From positions 813,520-877,519 of the forward strand of contig MU004193.1 of assembly GCA_010093605.1 (NCBI GenBank): 64,000 bases of DNA, given 5' to 3'. The position numbers and the translations under genes are program-made. Shown in pieces: positions 57,400 through 64,000 of this stretch. The notes beneath the pieces are model-generated. The model was not told where the DNA came from. It made no database searches and saw only the letters and a program-made list of their open reading frames with translations. The DNA comes from Lophium mytilinum (Eukaryota). Positions within the stretch are counted from its first letter, which is position 1, and every line of letters starts with the position of its first letter.

Positions 57400-58430
57400 C
57401 ATGCTGGAATGGGGGGTACCATCATCGTTCACTGAAGCTACTATTCCGAGCACCAATAGCAACATCCCCGCCTCTTTCAAACCCCGGCAAACTCATAAAT
57501 CGGTCGAAGCCAATGTTTTGATCAGGCACTGGCTTCATGGGAACTCATGCTGGCGCATTTTTCGACCGCGGCTGTAAACCTTCTCCTTGAACAACTCTTC
57601 CCTCTCCTTACTTCTCTCTTTTATACAGTGAAAAAGATGAAGAGTCACATGATAGCAGACTTAAACCCCGTACCCAACTCCTATCATTCGCTCCAGGCCC
57701 TCTTTGGATATACCTACCTCCCACTATCGCCTCACATCAACCATCTCACGTGGCCCTCTTCCCTTCCACGTGATGCCTGTTAGTCCCCTCTTCCGGTGGG
57801 TATAAAAACCCCCTTCCCTTCCTCAACTTCTCTTCTTCAAGGTCGACATCAATGGTGGCGGCAAGGGAGCAAAACCATGGTATTAGAGACTACATGTGGC
57901 CGTTCGGTGGAGGGGCAACAGCTTGACCACCTCCTGCCATGTGGTGTTGTCTAGCTGGAGCAGTAAGAGGGAGATGTAGCGCAACATGGAGCGTTGGTTG
58001 GGGGAGCAAAAAGCCTCACTATTGGGATATAAGTGATGATGATTAGTAGGATTTCGGAAAGAAGCTAGATATCAACGTCACGATAGAGATCTAATATCGC
58101 CCATATAAAGCAATAGTATTGGTATGCAATAATGCTCTCCGTCAATCATGAAGAGAAGAGCTCTTCAACTATTATACGCAATGTCGAACATCCGCATTGA
58201 AAGCCACTTACAGCACGCCGGCCACACTCAACCATTTCTATGGTCTTGAAGCTCGCAGATCACCGAGCAGACCATGTTTAGTAGCGTATTCCTATTTTAT
58301 AGCTCCCATTTCTTCCTCCATTTTTCCTCTCTCCCCTCTCCCTTTTCTCCCTTGATTTCTTCCTCATCTCCCACTTGCCCACACTTTATACCTTAGCTGA
58401 CAGCACTCCACACTCCCCTCTCCCACGTGC
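57400..58430. other. Further TATA/CACGTG units of the same non-coding array family (-57625, +57801, -58389)
   Basis: CACGTG at 57747, 57767 and 58423. GGGTATAAAA at 57798, ACAT at 57846, and ATGG...GAGCAAAA units downstream. Confidence 0.5.
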
Positions 58431-60328
58431 CCCCCCTCACTCCCGTGACCTTTCCCGTGACTCTCCCGTTATCACACCCCCTCGACCTCCCCCCAACCAA
58501 TCACCCACCCCTGCGCCACCGTTGCCAAGCCCCCGTCTCCACCCACACCAAAGCGCAAATTCAACCCACCAGATCTTGACAGCTAACGGGCGGGGGCCCG
58601 TGCACCTAGCTAACACTCCCTCCTTCCCCAAGGAATGGTGGTCTGACATCCCTCCAAACCACCCTCTACCCTATGCACCCTCCCCCATCCAGCCACACTA
58701 CACCGGAACAACCCGTCTCTCACGTGTCTCACCCCAACAAACCATCACACCGTGAAAAGGGTGTGAGGCAGCTATGCAAAACACCTCAAAATCTGACTTG
58801 TCTCGCGGATAGCCACGGATACGCCAGCCAGCCCCAACGACTCATGCGCTTCCCACAGTCTCATTCCTCGAGTAAGGCCTTGGCGGGCTCGGAGATGGGA
58901 GTGCTTAGCCAATCTCTATACAGCAACACCTCATTAATATTTCCCTGCAGCTGGCATCCTGGCTCCCCTAACTCTCCCAACTCCTAATCCAATATTATGG
59001 AAACGAAAAAGTGGGATCATTGCGCTGCTAACCACCTGCCCGATTCACGCACGCACCTACCGATTTTGTTAAAGAATTTCGCAATTCGCAGAGTAGCTAG
59101 TGTGCTCGTACTATAGAAAGAGAGCGTGGTGTTGCGTATCCAGTCTATCCGAAATATAGAGTGGGTCTACACCATTCAATTCGTGCGGTCTCACACCACC
59201 ATCACCAGATGCGGAGCGAGGGGCTGGGGGGAGGGGTAAAGAAATGTGATAAGCAGTGCAGATGACCGCCAGAAGCACACACAGTTCACGTCGCATACAT
59301 ACACCCTCTCATGCATTGAAAAAACGGCTGTTGGGGGCCACGAATCTCGACTATACACGTGGACGGTTGGATTGGAGGATAGGTTTTATTGTTTATACTA
59401 CTAGGCTAGATTTTCGAACTACCATATGTTGTAAGTATGTAGGTATGTGTCCCCAATATCCCCGTTACCATACTTTCCGTCCTTCCTTCCATTTGCATTT
59501 GCCTTGACTTGCCCGTCGCATCGTACTCGCACTCGCTCGCTTCGAAACAAGACAAACATTACAGTTTTCTTTCTCCGCAAACCCCGCCAGCGCATATTCC
59601 CTTGAAAGTGCCCAGCACTTCCTCCCCACCAGCCGGTCCGCTCCACTCATCTAGCAGAAAAAACAGTCCATACTTTTCTCAGTCGTCTTTTAAGCACAAT
59701 CGTAATCCGCAGAAAAACAGAAGATACAGTTGCTGTATATCCGCACTCCATATCCGCAATAGAGGTTAAAGAAATTCGGCATAGAACACGGGATATATCG
59801 CACTCAGAAAACCACAAGCGCAAGAAAAGAAAAAGACATGAAGCATGAAAGTCTAGGACGGCCTAGTAGCCATCCATAATAGTACCCGTGAGAGACACCC
59901 ACGAATACCGCACCTCAAAGCTCCGGATTGATTGAAGCAGAAAAGGCAAGAGGAGAGAGACATGAAGCACTAGGGACAGCCAAGACCATCCCCGTCTCAC
60001 TCCATGCAGGTCCCGCAGCCGCACATTGAATAATGTTTCAACAAGCCAGCGGCGGCCGCCCACACCCAAAAAGCGCCTAGGCCGTACCAGGGAATGCCCG
60101 AAGAAAAGATACAGAGAAAATGGGGTGAGCGATCAGCATCTCCCAAAACTCGTCCGTGACAGATGGGGAAAGAGGCCCGCTAGCCGGGGTGCCATGCCTG
60201 TCGCTTCGGATGCGAACATGCAGGTTCGCAGTTTTATCCGGAGGCTTTGTGCATTTTCAGCGAGAATTTCGGTTCCCGCGCTCCGACTGCTGAGTCGAGC
60301 ACGGGTTGGCGCAGGGATTGCGACTTTC

Positions 60329-63300
60329 TTAAGGAGACGACTCGCGCCCTCGACCTCTCTTGCTGCGCTCCATCCACCGCCGCTTGCCAACCCGCGTCTC
60401 AAAGTGCGGGGCAACGTCGGTGACATCTTTGCCTGCTGCGACCATGGTGCTGCGCATCTTGTTGCGGTAGGCGTCCACTGGGGAGGTAAGTTAGCTTGAA
60501 CGTTCGAATTGAGGTCTTTGAGATTGTCACTTACGAGATTTCTGCAGAAAGAGCGTCCGATTCGCGAACACGCGGCTTTGGCTCCAGCTCATTCGGTAGC
60601 CTAAGTCATTGAGAGTAATCTCCTTGCGTCGCTTCTGCCTCGTCATCCGCGGTTTCGGGACTCTCGCTTCCGTTCCATCGAGCATTGGGACTGGAACAAG
60701 CGTGGAACCCGAAATTGGCGGAGCACCCTCCTCGTTCGGCTCAATCTCGTCGTTGAAGACGCGGCTCCCACGGGGAGAGGTGGGCGGAGAAGTCATCTGC
60801 ATGGGGAAATACGAGCGGGGGAATACCGAGTTCTTCTCGCGATAGGAATCTGGCATCTCTTCCATCTGAACTTGGTCGAGCATGACTCGGACGCGCACTC
60901 GCGTTCCTCGTTGCGCATCATCCACAAGGATGAACTTGCGGCGCTTGGAATCTGGTAGATCTCCAAATAACGCAATATTGCGCTCTTCCTCCTCTTGCTT
61001 GGTCACTGGCACGGCCGTCGCGTGTGACGGGGCGCGGCCGCTGGAATGCCCCATTCCATCGTGGATCGGCGGCATGGTTGATTCGCCCACCGATGAGCTC
61101 GTAGGGAAGGACGGATAAAAGTTCTGCGTTTGCCGGACGTCGTGTGGCGAAGACTGGCCGTTCGGGGCTTGGTGGTGGTGAGTGTGCGATTCAGGATACT
61201 CATTATCGGCTACATAAGACAAAGGAAATTAGCTCTCACATTTCAAATCCGATCCTCTGGTGCATAATATGTGGTGTGGTGTGTGGGGAAAAAAGTGTTA
61301 CATCAAGAAGGAGTGTGTAATGTACATGCGATACAGAACGACAGGATGGCTCTCATTTCAATATCCGTCAAGCATGCTTATTGCACGTATTGTCACATCT
61401 GGTGAAACATACCGCTAACGTCATCTTGCCCTCCGGGCCCGCCGCCTGGATGTTCATGGTGGTGGTGCAACTGCGGCCCTCCCATGCTCATGCTAGGCTG
61501 CCTTGGTCCTGGAGCGGCCAAGCCTGCCGAATTCGGACCCCCTGCAGACCCCGGCACAGGACCTGCCATGTGATTGTGGGGCTGCGGCTGCTGAACGGCC
61601 TTCCTATTGCTGATCTTGGCCATTCTCCTAACCCGCCTACTCCTTAGGCGCGGATCTTGGTTGCTGTTGCGCCAGCTGTCTACGGCACGCTGGATCAGAC
61701 CGCGCTTCCCTCTCAGGCAAGGGTTAAGCTGAGCGAGCGCCCAACCCACGGTGTTGCATTCGGTCTCGTAGTGAAGTCGGTTCCCTTTGTACTGGTCTTT
61801 GTGGCAGCACGCGCGGGGGTATACGCAATTCTCGGTTTTGAACTCCTGGGGAAGCTCGTCGACGTTGATAGACTCGACATCGCACCGAATCGTGTACTCC
61901 ATCTTGACGCGGTCTCGGGAGTACTCAAACGCAATCCATTGGACGCCGTTCTGGTCTTGTCGTACGACCAAAGGCGTGGTTGCTGGAATGGGACCGGGAG
62001 CTGCGTTGGGGTTTACGTTGGATCCCGGAGCGCCAGGATGCATGTTTGGCGGTCCAACTGGAGGTCCTTGAGGGGCTGCTTGAGGTGGTCCCAGTCCCGA
62101 GCCTGGTCGTTGAAGCGGAGTTTGAGACATTCGCGACTTCGGGCTGCCTAATCCAGGCGTGTGCGGGTGCGAGCCTTGGTGCTGCATTGGCTGACCTTGC
62201 TGATGGGACATCAAAAGTGAGTTAGAAGCCATCGGTTGATGCTGCTGGGACGACGGGTGCTGGGCGTAGGGCGATTGCTGTGCTACTGGGTACGGCGTGT
62301 AGTACATTCCCTGTGGTGGCATCTGGCTCGTCGGTTGCCCGTAGAGAGGTCGTCCATGTTGGTCGTGCTGCGGTGACTGCACTGAAGCGGGCGAGTTTGA
62401 CTGCGGTGTGTGGTAGATTGGTGGAAATGTGCGGTTCATGGTAGCGGTTGCCATGAGGTCTGGGTTCTCTGCAGATCCAGTCAGAAATCAATACATCTTG
62501 GGGCCCGCGGGTTCGACGGGGGTGAAGTTGCTTCGACGCGTCTTCTAGCAAAACATTCACCAAAACAACAGAAAACCTGGTAGACAGACGCGTCGAAGAA
62601 GAGAGAAGCTTTGAAACTGACCTGAGGACGTGTAGCTTCCGGAAGCACTGTTCGTGCTATACGGGCTCGGGTGGGCAGGATAGTAGGGGACTTCCTGCTG
62701 CTGACCTGGTGGACCTGGGATTGGATTTCCGTACGGCGACTGGTGCTGCTGCGGATTGGACGGGTGCGGCGACGCGTACGGGCCCTGAGCAGGCGACTGC
62801 GCGGGTTGAGACTGGTGAGGAGAGTCAGGATGATGCTGCTGGACTACTCCGGCGCGTGGATGTTGGAGGTGCTGTGGCGGTGGGAGGCCCTGCGCAGAGG
62901 GGTGGGGGTGATGCTAGCGCACGACACGTTAGCCACGACGTCCCAACGACGGATGAGTAATGTGCAGGCGAGTGGTGAGGTGTTGCAAAACAAAAGCCCT
63001 CGCGCACATCCACGTCCTGGCAAGAGAGCAGTAGTACCTCGGCGAGATCGGAGCAGACAGATCAGACCAAGGGTAGGAGGGCGGACAAGGAGAATAGACA
63101 GGCAGAAGAGACGGCAAACAAATGCAGGGTTTTTGAGAGGATGGATGGAGGTGGGTGATGGTTGGATGGGTGGCGGGGGTGAGGGGCATATGAAGGCGGT
63201 GTCTTGAGCGATGCGCAACAGGCCAACCGCGTTGGGACAGCTCTGGACAAGGGTAGGTGCAAGGCGGCGGTGACTGAAGGAGATATAGGAAGACAACGGG

Positions 63301-63544
63301 GTGTGGAGGAGTGCTCAGACGGCGACAGCAGCGCGCGCTGGTGAGTGGCCCGGGCAGGACGCACAGCGGAGGCCTGGGAGGAGGCACCAGGGTTCCGCTG
63401 CTGGCCCTCGGGCGCACTGCTTGGACATGACAGGGGGATGCCGGTGCAGCAGAGGCTGGAGCCGGACAGGTGCAAGACGACAGAGGGTGCAGGCTGGGGG
63501 AGAGTGAAGGTTGAGGCCGCTGCTTGGCGAGAAGGGCCTACCAT
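60329..63544 (-). CDS. Conserved-looking fungal Gln/Pro/His-rich protein (~724 aa) with two homologous globular domains; exons 63544-63542 (ATG only, tentative), 62913-62622, 62468-61413, 61209-60535, 60477-60329
   Basis: The summed exon length is 2175 nt (divisible by 3). Domain 1 (ENCVYPRA...NTVGWALA...RGLIQRAVDSWRN) parallels domain 2 (KNSVFPRS...NDLGYRMS...RTLFLQKSLDAYRN). Confidence 0.82.
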
Positions 63545-64000
63545 GTAGCCAGTGCAGCACTGGAGCTGGGGGTTGGGCGATAGCTCGGGATGCGGCGTCG
63601 TTGCAGCGCGGATGTGCAGCAGAGGGCTTGATGCATGCAATGGGCAAAGCCAACGGTCGGAGGGAGGGTGCGCGAGTGGTGGAGGTTGAGGAGCAGGGAG
63701 GCACTCACCAGCTGGGCCGCCACAGGAGCCGGCTCTTCCTTATACTTGCGGGGGCTGCCTGCCCTATCTCGCGACGACGCATGCGACATTGTTATTATTG
63801 CTGCTGGAGGTCTGGGGGGAGTCAGTGACTGAGTTGGGCGCGAGGGCAGGCCGTGCAGGCTAACAACGGCCGTCCGTGCAGCTGCAGTGCCGCGCTAGCT
63901 GCGTAATTTCAGCACACCACCGCAGACAGGGTGGGCCCCGGGCAGCGTGTAAAAGAGAAACGCCCTAACGCGCCGAGTCCAGCCACCGGCTTGGGCGGGC

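Overview
Eukaryotic DNA from a filamentous ascomycete (Pezizomycotina): short GT-AG introns with CTRAC branch points, a Woronin-body hex-1 gene and a HET-domain gene. About 19 protein-coding loci can be supported. They include TRS20, MRPL31, the GYP2/MDR1 Rab-GAP, a D-arabinitol dehydrogenase-like SDR, an INP54-like 5-phosphatase, a HET-6-like protein, a GST, hex-1, DOA10/SSM4 and a large KDEL-terminated Ala/Ser-rich protein. There are also two non-autonomous TIR transposons with clean target-site duplications. Three observations stand out. (1) A dispersed family of apparently non-coding units (41.1-43.5 kb, 55.7-58.4 kb), often in divergent pairs: CACGTG box, TATA box, then an array of ~45-55 nt units of the form ATG(G)-G-rich-(T/G)CAAAA-variable ~15-20 nt. 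(2) hex-1 carries a spliced, in-frame 275-codon N-terminal extension with no AUG in any frame that begins at a CUG in optimal context, which predicts non-AUG initiation plus leaky scanning. (3) A ~17-copy, ~105-bp degenerate non-coding array (27.7-29.5 kb), repeated as 3 inverted copies at 40.7-41.0 kb, whose core carries a Pol III B-box-like word. Family assignments come from motif recognition by eye; no database search was run.
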